NCBI RefSeq assembly: GCF_036321535.1
Contig: NC_087436.1
Location: 66,590,001 to 66,654,000 of the forward strand
Length of the DNA stretch: 64,000 bases
Origin: Camelus dromedarius
Taxonomy: Eukaryota
Reading direction: 5' to 3'
The translations under genes and the position numbers were made by a program. Shown in pieces: positions 51,821 through 64,000 of the stretch. The notes under the pieces were generated by a model, which was given only the letters and a program-made list of their open reading frames with translations, searched no databases and was not told the origin of the DNA. Positions within the stretch are counted from its first letter, which is position 1. Each line of letters starts with the position of its first letter.

Positions 51821-52851
51821 CGCTAGAATTATTCTCATAATTGATTCAGAGTGCAAAGTTTAGACTCTGATGGCAGGTACCCTAGAAAGACAACTGTCAT
51901 CCCAGAATGAGAGAAATTAATTATGCTCAGAAAGAAATGGATAATCACTCTGATTCATTACGAAAGAAAGGGTGAGAGCTCACAAGATAATAGTGCTTTC
52001 TGGAAACCTCTGTGATGAAAGAAACTTAAATATCATTGTGGATAGAAAATTGTACTGTGTAAATTACAATCACATTATGAGACACACACTTTCTACCCTC
52101 ATGTGGAAAGTGACAGTATGCATCTTTAGAGTAGGAGAATTAATGAACTTAATCAACTGAGAAGAAACATGTATTAATGTTTAATTGTGTATGACCTTAA
52201 TATTTAAAAGTCTTAATTGACTTCACTATTTTTATTCATTCATTCAACAGAAATAAATGCAGCATTTATAATGTGTCAGATGCTATTCTAAGTACCATTG
52301 TTAACAGTGATGAAGCACATAGTTTTTCCTCTCATGGTGTTTATTTTGATATGTGGGGTGTGGGAATAAACAAGTTAATATAAAATCACAAAATAAACTA
52401 AGTGATTTTGAATAATGGTAAGTCCTATTAAGAAATGAAACAAGATGACTGAAGAGAAGTTTAACTTAGATTGGTTAGCCAAAGGCTTTATTGAGAAGGT
52501 GATATTTAATCAGAAACAGAAACAAGAAAATAAGAAGGATCCAGTCATGCATAGTTTGGGGACTAAAGGGTTTCAGGCAGAGGCCAAAGGTTTCCACAAA
52601 AGCAAAGACTATGAATCAGAAATGAGTTTGGAATGCTTTAGCTTCTAGCAGAAGATCAGAATGAATGGAATGAAGAGAGAAAGGCAGAAAGAGGGACAGG
52701 CAAGGAATCAGAGAGGTTGAGTAGAACCAGGGAGTGTTAAGGCCTTGTGGGTCTGGATGAGATTCTTGAGTTTCTGATTGTGACATAAAGTCATTGAATG
52801 GTTTGCGTAAGTGAGTAAAGCATGGAATCTCCATTGTAAAACAATCACCAG

Positions 52852-52968
52852 AGGGATGGGCATAGCTTAGTGGTAGAGCGTGTACTTAGCATGCACAAGG
52901 TCTTCGGTTCAATCCCCAGTACCTCCAAAAAACAAATAAATAATTTTAAAATTGTAAAACATAAAAAA
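52852..52968 (+). mobile_element. tRNA-derived SINE (camelid Vic-1-like), full length
   Basis: gggatgggcatagcttagtggtagagcg (A box) ... cggttcaatccccagtacctcc (B box), A-rich tail. TSD taaaacaatcaccag / taaaacaattgccag. Confidence 0.9.
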
Positions 52969-53084
52969 TAAAACAATTGCCAGTTTTGTTTATAGAAAAC
53001 AGAATCTTAGAGATATGAGAACAGGATTAAGGAGACTAGTTAGTGGCTACTGCAGTAATGAAGATAATTGTTTAAGTAGGATGT

Positions 53085-53592
53085 TATATTAATATCCTAT
53101 TGCTGCTGTGAGAAATTATCACAAATTGAGCAGCTTAAAGCTGTAAAAATTTACTATTACATAGTTATGAGGCAGAATTCTGAAATAGGCACCAAAGGGC
53201 TAAAATCAAGGTGTTAGCAAAGTATGTTCCTCCTGGAGGCTCTAAGGAAGAATCTGTTCCATGCTTTCTCCAGTTTCTAGAGGCCCCCCACATTTCTTGG
53301 TCCATGGCTTTTTCTTCAATCTTTAAAACCATCGGTGTGGGCCCATCTTTCTCATACTGCCATCTTCTGGTTGTTTCCCTCCTACCTCCCTCCTTCATGT
53401 ATAAGGAACTTTGGACGACAGTGCGTCCACCCAGATAGTCCAGAGCAATCTTCCTCTGTGAAGGTTTACAGGTTAGCAATCTTAATTCTATCCACAATTT
53501 TAATTATTCTCTGCCATGTAACCTAAAATATTCACAGATTCCAGGGATTAGGACATGGACATCTTTGGTAATCCATTGCTCTGCTCATCACT
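53085..53592 (-). mobile_element. MLT1 (B/C-type) MaLR LTR
   Basis: 'gggctaaaatcaaggtgttagcaaag...ggaggctctaaggaagaatctgttcc' and 'cagggattaggacatggacatcttt'. Confidence 0.85.
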
Positions 53593-54799
53593 GACAGTAA
53601 CATTGTAAGTGGTAAGAAGTGGTCAGACTTAGAATATAATTTGACAGTAGAACTAACAGGATTTATGGATGCATTGGATGTGGAACAGGAAGCAAAATCT
53701 ATAAGGGAAAATTTCTAAAAATGATATTATCATTTACTCAGAGTGAGCAGTTCATTATAAGAGGCTTGATTTTGGGGGGGGGATTAAAGCTAGAAATACA
53801 CATTTTGGAGAATTCAAGCTTAAGTTTTTATTCTTTTAAAATATGTTCCATTCAGCCTTCTACTTTGCATACCGTAATACTAGTAAATGGATTACTCTTC
53901 ACTCTTTCTCACTTACTTGATTTCATAATAGTTGTTTTATGTGTGTCTTCTTATGTAAATTTTAATTATTTGGTGCTAAACAAAAGAGTAATTCAATTTG
54001 GAAAAGAGACATTGCCATCCATCACTCATGTGTTTTGACAATGTAATAAGAAATCTCTTACTTCATTTGCTATCTCACTCCTTAATAATACAGAGCACTC
54101 AGCACAATCCTGCTAGAAGGGTTGCATTAAACCAAGGAATAGATAATTACTCCTCTTACTTTTAAAGGGAAATCTTAATTCACTACATTAAAAAATGAAT
54201 TTAATTCTAGTAAATGAAGTCTGTAGATCTTCTAAAACTGAAATTATCTGTAGAAAGGGGTCACTGCTGTAAGATTTTTCAAATAATTCACCCAATATGT
54301 AAATTCTAATATTATAATAACTAACAGCAAGTAAGCAATTTACATGTTTACAAATTTTATCCTTAACTTGGTTGAAGAAGCACATGGAAGGAAGTGGAAG
54401 GACTTTTTATGACTTTGATGAGATGAAAAACTGATACAGGGACCAATAATCAGTTTCATGTGTCTAAAATTACATTCACCAACTGACTTGACAGAACAGA
54501 TTGAATAGTAATAGAAATAGTGTAGTCGTTCCATAAAGAATATCACCACCAATCATGGAATCCCAGAGGGCTTGAGGGACTATGAATCTGGATCTCTCAA
54601 AGATTGTGAATGACAGTAGATTGGGGGATTTGTAATTTAATGAAATATTTTTTAATTGACTAGTTACACAAAGCCTTCAGTATGGTGCATTGCCATGCTT
54701 TTCTGTATAAAAATTTAACCACCATATTGTCCTGGATATTGGCCATGTCTATAGGTTTAAAGTCATTTGACTACTTTGATTGACAGTTATTTTTTTATA

Positions 54800-54830
54800 C
54801 CCTAACCCTAAGCCTAACCCTAACCCTAAC
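54800..54830. repeat. Short (CCCTAA)5 telomeric-type array
   Basis: ccctaa ccctaa gcctaa ccctaa ccctaa c. Confidence 0.8.
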
Positions 54831-57800
54831 ATTTCGTTTATATAAGCTTGGCTGTGGATGATTTAGCTTCATAAATTCAACTATTTCCAAAGTATATACT
54901 ATTGATTTTATGCAAATGTTTTCATTTTGTAAGCAAAACCAATTTAGAAAAATCACTGGTAACTCCATTTTGGACAGTTTTTGTGAGGAAAATACACTTC
55001 AAATAAATTATCTCAGTAATTGAATCTATTAACTTCACATAAGTTACTAGAGAAAGGGCAGTATGTAAATTTTTAACAAACTCTGCTCTTATTACTTACA
55101 TTTGACCAAATGATAGCATTTTCATATTAAATATCAACATACTTTAATTACATGCATGCACATAGAAGCAGTTTTACTAACATTGTGATTGCTTACTATT
55201 TCTGTTAAATGTGTTAATCAGATTCTCAGTGACTCAATATATAATAGTGAGTTCGTCTTTCACACAAAGTTGTGCTGGTCTGGCACCTCTTCAGGTCAGC
55301 TCCTTTCAAGCAGAGGTTTGGGGATCCTGGCTGCTTCCTTCTTGTGACTCTGCTGTCTCACCAAAGAGCCTTTTTGGTCATCACAGCAGAGGAAGAGAGG
55401 CTGACAATGGAGCAAGAACATTAGCTCTTTAATTGCTCAGCCTGGAAGTGACACTTCATTGGATAAATTTCATTTCTTTCATCTAAGTGCAAAGGGGCTT
55501 GGGAAATATACTTTTCTTGTGTGTTCAGAAAGGGAAAAACGAAAATTGGTGATGCTCGCATAACTTGTTCTCTGCCTCAGTGATTGCTATGCCAGGCAAT
55601 GTGCTAAGTGCTTTTCAAATATTATTGCATTTAATTTTTCCCCAAACACTAAAAAGTAAGCACACTTTTATTTATACTCTTCAGGTAAGATAACAAGGCA
55701 AAAAAATTCGGAAACTAGTAGCTCCTCTATGAAACGGGGAAGTTTTTATTTAAATCTAAAGCTATCTGAATTTTAATGCTAAATTTTGATGGAAGATTTA
55801 GTCTTTCAGAATATATACTTAGTTTTCAGAATATAAACAAACAAGTTATATGACTTGTGTACTTAAACAACTCTGCCCTGTATAAATTGGATTTTTAATA
55901 CCTGTTTATTATTGGAAGCATTTTTTTTAATTTGCAAATTTTGATGTGATTGCAAATTATATCAAAACCGATATCCCAACAGTTATTTTATAAACTTGAG
56001 CAACATTTGTGTAACAGTATAGTTATTTTAGCTACATAGATAAGCAATTAGTCAATTATGTTAAAGCTCAATTTTAATTAAGCTGGGTGTAATATAAAAT
56101 AACCCATGGTAGAAAAATTGATTTAAAAATTGATTTAAAATATCTCAAAAAATGTGGAAGTGCTTTAAAATATTTTAATGGATCAGAATGAAGAATCAAA
56201 ATAACTTTGCAAGCTGACTACAGAAATACCAAATTATTCACCTTGTACCAAAACAGCATATATAAAACAGCTGTATAAAAACAGCAGCAACAAAACTCTA
56301 TAAATTGTCACAGGAGAAGATAAACAAAACATTTTAGTTACTAGTGTTTCTCTAAGCTTCTGTAGCTGTATCACACTAGGTGTGTTAAGCTAAGTACTGA
56401 TTTAAGGAAAGTGATGAATTCTATAAAATGTTCAATCAAAAATGCATCATAGAGTCTATGAGTCATAATTACACAAATAGTTAAATTTAGCAATTGATCT
56501 ATGAGTATGGCTTCTTATATGGAATTTACTAAAAATACAATATTTTTCAATATCTAACATATTAAGCACATATCCAAGAAATAATTTTAATCATATCATT
56601 CAAAAATGCCAAAATAAGTTGGAAAAAAATTTTTTAAATCAATCATTTGCTCTTGCTAAAATTAAGTTGGTTCATTAATGAAGGAAAATACATATTATTG
56701 TTAATTTTTTTTAATTTTAGCTAAAGTCAGGTACTTACATAAAGTATTTAATCATGTTTTTGTATATAAATATCTGTACTTAAATTCCTGAAATAATGTA
56801 ATATACAAAATAGTAAATGGCTGAAATTAAAATTTGATTTAGGTTACATTTATTGATTTAATTTTCAGTATAATTTTAATAAAAGCATACTTGATAATGG
56901 GATGAGGCAATACATTTTACAGTATGAAATTAACAAATGTAGTTGTTATTGATTAAATTAACAAAGAAGATGGTAGTGATGTTTCCAGTCAATTAAGAAT
57001 TTAATCATGTAATTCATGGGTTAAGAACTCAGGGAGAGAAGAATCAGCAACTTCTTAGTTAATCTGGAAAAGTTGTTGATGAAATGCTTGTGTACTCTTA
57101 GGTCAGGTTTTGTTTTTATTATGATAGCCAGGGTTACTATGTGTAATGCTTTCTGGCCTCGGGATTTTTCAAAGAATTTTTCAGTAACCCCAGCCCTGAT
57201 GTTGTATAAACTTGGCTTTCTAGGAACTGAGGAGAAATGAAACAAACTTCAAAAGAATCTGTGAATCTGACTAGCCTCAGTATAGCCTTCTCCCTCTAAT
57301 GCCAGGGCACTTGAATAGAGCACTTCCTCTACCTATTTTAATACAGTACACATTTCCAACTCTCTCAGGCACAGCACCTCTTAAAGCTCTTTCCCTTATA
57401 AAAATATATTTTGTATGAATTAAAGATATAAGGCCAGATTCTCATCTTTTGTGACTTCAGGGGAATACCTACTCATCAGACCTACTTAAATTGCATTTCC
57501 CTAGCGTTAAGAAAATGAAATTCTGACCTCTAGTAGTTTATTCTCTTGAGTGCTTTAACTTTTTCTGAGACTTTTTAATTTGAAAATCTTATTGTCCCAA
57601 TTTTCTCTCCTTCTAATATATTTCAGCTAAAGTCTGAATCATTGTTTCATTTGCCTTCAGTTTTATTCCTGGTTTTTTTGGCACTTAATCTTTTCTGAAA
57701 TATTATTGATGCTCTGAAATAAAGGTTTGTTTGTTTTGTTTTGTTTTTCCTATTCTGCCCCTATGCTGAGTATGAATAGGAGTAACAAGTAAAAGAAAAT

Positions 57801-58244
57801 GCTAGATTTTTTTTTTTCAGTAAACATGGATTGGTGATAAATTTTTTTTTTTTAGAGGAAGAAAATCAGTGCCAGAAATTTTCCCTTTTTTCCTACTATG
57901 TCCACTTAGGCGTCAGACAAACAAAATATTTTGTTTATTTACTTAAATATGTATGTATATGTGAAGCACATAGTCAGAATTCATTTGTTATTTAACGGAT
58001 GATTAAACTGAAAAGATGAAAATATGGCCACTCATTGAAAAATATTTGTCTATCTTTTGTATATTTTTAACATACCTTTCAGCTAGAGAATTATCATGAA
58101 CTGATTGATCTATCTAATTGATCCAGGTATCAAAAATACTGTTATGACATATACACATATTCTTAATTTGGGTTTTTTTTTAATTTGAATCCTCTTGGCC
58201 TCTGAATATGTCACACCTTTATGTAGCTACCTCTTTTTATAGAT

Positions 58245-59698
58245 CAGTTAACAGGTTATTAACTCAATCTATTAAGTCACTTCTGTGAGACTGGTGTTGG
58301 ACTATTCTATCAATTTGGATAGATTACCAGAACAGAAAAGATACTTTTCCTCATGGAGCTTACATAAGAGAGATGATTTTAAAAAACACAAATGAAAAAA
58401 CAATATAATATGGCACTAGTTAAGAAATACAACATACAAAAAAAAAAAAAGAGCAGAGTAAAACGCAGAAGTGGAATTTTAAATAGGAAGATCAGAATTA
58501 GATTTATTAGGAAAGTGATATTTGAGTAATGATTTAAATCAGTGAGGAGGTGATTTCTTATAGATATGTGGGGAAAAGAACATTCTAGGCAGAATAAAAA
58601 TTCATTGTAAGTGTCCCAATGGAGGAGTATTCTCAGCAAATATTAAGTACATTGAGGAGGACAATATGACAACAAAGAACAAGCAGGAGAGAATTAGAAA
58701 ATCAAACTGTCCAGAAAGAAAGGTGAAGATCACAATGGACCTTGGAGGCACTTTATGTTCTTTGGCATTAGCTTTGAGAAAATGAAGATCAATCACAAGG
58801 TTTTGAACTGTGGAATAACATGGTCTAACTTATCGTGTCACTTTAAAAAAAATTCAGTGCAGTTGTTGTGTTGAGAATAGACTACAGGACACAAGGATTT
58901 CATCCATGTGGCCAGTTAGGCGATGATTACAGTAATCCCAGCAAGAGATAATGGCAACTTGGGACAGGGCTTTAGCAGTGGGGGTGGAGAGAGCGGTCAG
59001 ATTCTGGTAATATTTTGAAGGCAGAGCCAACAAGATATGGTGTGAGATTAGCTTTGGAGTGTGAAAGAAAGAAGGTGTCAAGGATTCTTTCTTTTTTTCT
59101 TTTTTTTTCCTCTTTTTTGGAATAAAAAAATAAAAGGATAGAGTTGTCATTAACTGAGATGAAAAAGACAGTGAGATGAGCAATGGCTCAGAGGAAGTGA
59201 AGAAATTAAATATTTGATATGTTGAGTTTGAAAGTTTTATTAGACACCACAGCAAAGATGGTATGTAGACACTTGGAAACACATGTGGGTGTATGGAGGG
59301 GAAGGCTGAGTTGGAATTATAAATGTGCATGTTGCTTGTTTATTGATGGCATTTAAAGCCAGAGGCTTAGATGATTTCACTGAGGCAATGTGTACAGAGA
59401 GAAAAGAGGACCAAAGATGGAGCCTTAGGTTGTTCCTCCCTTAAAATACTGGGGAAAAGAGGAGGAACCAGTAGAAGTTCTAAGATGAGTGAGCAGTGAT
59501 ATGGTAGGAAAACCAGGAGAGTATGTTAATATGGGAGCCAAGTGCAGAAAGAGTTTTAAGGAATAGAATGGAATCAACTTCATCAAACGCTACTGACAAG
59601 TCAGTTAAGAGAACTGAAAATTTGCCACTAGATTTAGCTACGTAGGGGCATCAGTGACCTTGTCCAGAGCAGTTTTAATGCAGAGATGCAGACACTAT
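58245..59698 (-). mobile_element. L2 element
   Basis: 'gagagcggtcagattctggtaatattttgaaggcagagccaacaaga', 'gatggcatttaaagcc' and 'tcagtgaccttgtccagagcagtttt'. Confidence 0.8.
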
Positions 59699-59699
59699 C

Positions 59700-60112
59700 T
59701 TGATGGGAATGCGTTGAAACGTGTCCTCCTAAAAGATGTTAAAATTCAAACCCCAGGGTCTGTGAATGTGATTTTATTTGGAAATAGAGTCTGTGTAGAT
59801 GATCGAATTAAGATGAAGTCATGAGTCTGGGCCTTAATACAATATGACTGTGTTCCTATACAAATGAGAAATTTGGATGCAGAGGCAATCACTCACAGAG
59901 GGAAGATGATGTGAAGACACAGGGAGAATGCCAGGGAACACATGAGGGTACCAGGAGCTCAGGAGAAGCATGGAAGAGATGCTCCCTCACAGCCCTCAGG
60001 AAGAACCAATACTGCCACACCTTGACTTTGGACTTCTACCCTCTAGAACTGTGAGATAACAAATTTCCACCAGTGGGCCACCCAGTTTATGGTACTTTGA
60101 AATGGCAGCTAG
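59700..60112 (+). mobile_element. MLT1A/B MaLR LTR
   Basis: 'gaatgtgattttatttggaaatagagtc' and 'ccttgactttggacttctaccctctagaactgtgagataacaaattt'. Confidence 0.85.
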
Positions 60113-62459
60113 TACAGAGTGTATGTAAGAACGTTTAGGACAAGAGGAATTGGAAAGAGATTACAGTCTATAGGTGGTAACTGTAGTGTGGTTACAAAAG
60201 ATGGGACTCACATGGTCTCTCTGCCCTTTGGTGCAAGCACTTTCATTCAGTTCATCCCCAAACAAGTGTCTACTGAGTGAGGACTATGTGCATTCAACGT
60301 TGATAAACACTGCCATGGAGAGTGGAGTTAAGGGGCGTGTTATAGAGTTTACAACTCATTCTAAAACCAGCTCTGCTTGATGTGTGCTACGCCCAGCTCC
60401 CAGCATTGACTCTTGTCTTCTGCCTCTCCTCCCCTTACTCTGTTTCACACTCCTGATCGCCTCCAGCTTTTCGCCATTGAAGCATCCTCTGGTCTAGGAT
60501 GTTCTCGCTTCCTTCAGGCCTTTACTTGAGGGGCATCTTCTCAGTGAGGCCTTTCCTGGCCAGAACTTTCCTAAAATTATAACTGTCCTTCTCCTTCCCA
60601 CCATGGAAAGATAAGAAGGTAGAAATACTAGGCATAGAAACAGATCAGTAGAAGGCTCTTTGTACAAGATGGAGCAAATGTGCAAATGAAGGTAAAAATA
60701 TAAGGTACAGCTAGCATGATGAGTAGCTAGATATGATAAATAAGTAAATTTTAAATATACAAAACCATACGAATAGACAGACAGGCAGATAGCTGGATTG
60801 ATGTGTAACCAAAGCCTCTACACTGAAATCAGAAATGAGACTCTCTTTTTAATTCCTTAGAGTTCATTTATAAAGATCTTGTATATATTAGACCACAAAG
60901 GAAATCTCGGTGAATTTGTCTCTCCTGGCCATGCACCAAAGAGACTACAGAGGAGTGGGTACCAAGTACGGAGCACGGGACGAGGCAGGCAGCACCTCTG
61001 GATCACAACTACAGCATCTCCCTTGTTACTGCAATTTGAGAAGAGAAGCAGCACGGACCAGGCTACTGGGTGTCCTTTCTGCAGCTCCATATCTGCCAGC
61101 CACCCAGGCCAGAAGATCAATGGCCTCAACAGTGAAAAGGAAAGCTTCACTGAACTATTAAAAATTCTTAAAAAAAAAAAATTAATTAGTGCTGAATGCC
61201 AGAAAGTAATTGCTTTCCATCTCCTGTTTTTGCTGTTTTAGACTTGAAGTTCTGAGTTAGAAATGCTAACGAAACAGGAATTTTTAGAAATTGAGTTACT
61301 AACCACTGCCTTGCAATTTCAGGTGATTTCCCTTTAGCCACCTTTGGTGGGACAAAATTTTTGACAGAGTTCTGACGTCTTCCTGTTTCCATAGTACCCT
61401 TCAAAAGCCTGATCTATTGTCTGGAAGACTTTCAAAGGATAATTATTAGATTAATGAAAAAACTTTTTTGGCAAGCCTAGGCATTTACAACTATGTAACC
61501 CATACACCACCAAAGGGAGAAATTTGTCATAATTGGCATTGCCACTCCTCAAACACAGGGCAAGTTGTGGAAAAACTGATTATCTGGAAGGAAAAAAAAT
61601 CCCAAACTCCATTACCACATAACTTTTGCTGAAAACACTAAGCTTCCTTTTTAAAGCTGCTATTTATAGACATATTAGTGGCTCAGGAAATGAAATTGTT
61701 TTAGTCCTACAATAGTATATAATTGATATATAAAGATTATGGTTTTAATACCTTTGTGTATTTTTTTGTCCTGAAGATTTGATTCTTTCCATTACTGAAG
61801 AGACCATGTGATAAGCAAGCTGTGCACATTTTAAGGCCATATTACTGGATGGTGGCCAGATTTCTTTTTCCCTTTGAGTGTTTCTGTGTTATTTTAGTCT
61901 TTTATCCGTATCATCAATTCTAGCCAGCATTTTCTTGTCCTTCTCCCTACGCATTAAGCTAACCACAGAATAGGCATTTTAACCAAGGATCATATTTAGA
62001 TGGAACTAAAATCACATCTGCCACTATTGTCTAATCCATAATGGTCTAGGTTAACCACCAAGAGAGTTGTGATTTAGCTTTTGGAATTTATCTATTTGAT
62101 TTCTTTTTTGAATGATGTGGAAAGTTAATCAGTATTATGTTTATTGACATGATAATATAATTTTGCTTGTCCCTTAATGTTTTTAAGTGTGTTTTGGTAA
62201 GAAAAGAATGCAGTATATTTTCATTCCTAAGAATATATACTGCTAACCTAAATTTGTATAGAAAAATATGGATGGGGTAAAGGAAATTGGATAATAATCT
62301 CCCACTGAGTGACAGTTCCTCAGAAGGAACTGAGTTTATGTCTATGAGTTTTTAAATCAATGAACCCAGTGAGCTCTTCTTATTTAAGGAAACACAACTG
62401 TTGTACTGAATTCATACTTTGTAAAAAATTCAAATACCCATGATATCAAAAATGAGGAG

Positions 62460-62815
62460 ATACATTAGTTCCTTAAACTCTGGTTGTATGCCAGGCACTA
62501 TTTTAGGTACCAGCGATTAGAGAAGTTCAACAGAATCCTTGTTCTCATGGGACTTATATTCAAATGGCAGAAACAGAAAGTAAAGATGACATCAGATAAA
62601 TATATAAGAAATACACTTAAAATTACTATAAAGAAGATTAAATAAGACATGATAAAGTGTTACTGCTCATGCAGACAACTGATTTGAGCTAGGCCAAGAG
62701 CAGAGGACCTGTCAAAGAGAATTATCTTTGAATTCACACCTCAGTGATGAGAAGGAAGAAAGGAAAGATCTGTGAGGAGTGTACTTCAAACAAAGAGAAG
62801 AGGAAATGTAAAAAC
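62460..62815 (-). mobile_element. L2 3' fragment
   Basis: 'tatgccaggcactattttaggtacc...ccttgttctcatgggacttatattc'. Confidence 0.65.
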
Positions 62816-64000
62816 TACTTAATAATTAGTGCCAGTTTATAGCAACTCAAGTCAGGACTCTAAAGCAATGACAGTAGTCTAATTGAAGTGGAACACTAAA
62901 ACTACAAGCTGGAGATATTTACCTATTTGACTCATTAAAAAAAAAAAAACCACTAAATATCTCGCCAGTATTTTTCACGCCACAGGCTTTAGACCCATAA
63001 GAGTCTATGGTTTCAAAGAGGAAAAGATAAAGTATACCCTTAAGAGCTATAGAAGGAATGAAACCAACAAGTCCCAAACTGTGTAAACACAGAACTGAGC
63101 TTAACAAAATTTACAATACCTAGGAAATTTCCAAAAAAAAAAAAGAAAAGAAAATAGGAGCTGGGAATTAGAGCTAGAGAAAGGGATAAGATAGACGCAA
63201 AATATACATTTTCAAGAGTCAAGCAATTATAACAAAATTTGAGAGATTCCTGGGGGATCAAAAAGAGCTAAACCTAGAGAATAATAACCTTTATCTTTGC
63301 AGATCTGATTCAGATTGGAGATTCTTTTCCATCACACAGCAAATAAAATATTATCCTTTGGGATTTTGAAACTCTTCACTTTATGAGAAATCTGTAATGC
63401 TATTCTGGGTTTCCTGTTTTGAAAGAGATCAGGATAATTGCTGCACAGAAAAGAAATAAAAATAATCAGGACAAAAGACTATATAAGTAGTAATGAAAAC
63501 TTGGAAGGAGAACTCAACTAAGTAGACAAGTAGACTACAAATCCGAGTAGTTAAAATTGTTGCTTCCAATTTTGAAGCCAAAGAAAAAGGATTAAAATGC
63601 AATCTGTTCCATGGTAGCATTTTCAGAAAGGAGGAAGAATCACAGTAATTTGGGAAAGGCAAAACTCTTTGAAGCATCAAAGTCTAAAACTCTTTTAATT
63701 CTTCAATTTCTTGAGTAATACTACAATGCTCAACAGGATCAATCATTCAGTATTTTTTTAAAAAGGTGAAATATTTCATATAATTCTTATACTGTTGCAT
63801 TTTATATGGTTTTTACAGTATTTTTTGATGACAATCAAGAACATAATAAACATAATATAAAAATTTAACACACAGAAGGTATTTTTTTGTGAAGCTAAAC
63901 TATCATACCTGATAATATTTGTCTTTCTAATTATCAAGCTTTATTCAAGGATAGCGCAAAGAGCGTGAAGATTGCACATCTTTCAGAAATTTTTCCTGAA

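Larger units (their letters stand above)
52230..53700 (-). mobile_element. L2 element, interrupted by a SINE and an MLT1
   Basis: Antisense L2 3' end 'ttattcattcattcaacag', plus 'gccaaaggctttattgagaaggtgatatttaa' and 'aagaagtggtcagacttagaatata'. Confidence 0.7.

Noticed and set aside
52852..52927. tRNA-Ala-like sequence as a tRNA gene
   Set aside because: A-rich tail, TSDs, imperfect stems and a second copy at 35974 show it is a SINE.
58854..59330. Longest ORF (158 aa)
   Set aside because: Lies within a decayed L2 element, low-complexity, no recognisable domain.
60925..61000. GVGTKYGAR similarity to RPL37A (VGKYGTRYG)
   Set aside because: No similarity beyond a few residues and no zinc-ribbon cysteines in register.
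1..64000. CRISPR arrays, operons, CpG-island promoter, recognisable miRNA/snoRNA
   Set aside because: CpG-depleted mammalian DNA with no repeat-spacer array or CpG island. No small RNA recognised by eye; an Rfam/miRBase search would be needed to exclude them.

Overview
AT-rich mammalian non-coding DNA (intergenic or inside a large intron), most likely camelid, judged from two Vic-1-like tRNA-derived SINEs with TSDs and the young L1 3' UTR type. No intact protein-coding gene can be supported; the ORF-track entries are repeat-derived, pseudogene-derived or chance ORFs. The window is dominated by transposon fossils: a degraded ERVL provirus running off the left edge with a nested LTR, several L1s, L2/MIR, MaLR (MLT1) and ERV1 solo LTRs. 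The clearest gene-derived feature is a minus-strand processed pseudogene of EFL1/EFTUD1 (~38.4-40.5 kb). Its structure is unusual: the N-terminal exons are joined to the C-terminal exons, with foreign inserts at or near recalled exon junctions, one of them L1-like. Other notable items are two tiny TSD-flanked inverted L1 insertions, a short interstitial telomeric array, an unidentified GC-richer A-tailed segment, and a few minus-strand candidate exons of an unidentified host transcript. I found no credible new biological system. Repeat family names are from recalled consensus similarity, and coordinates of old repeats are approximate.
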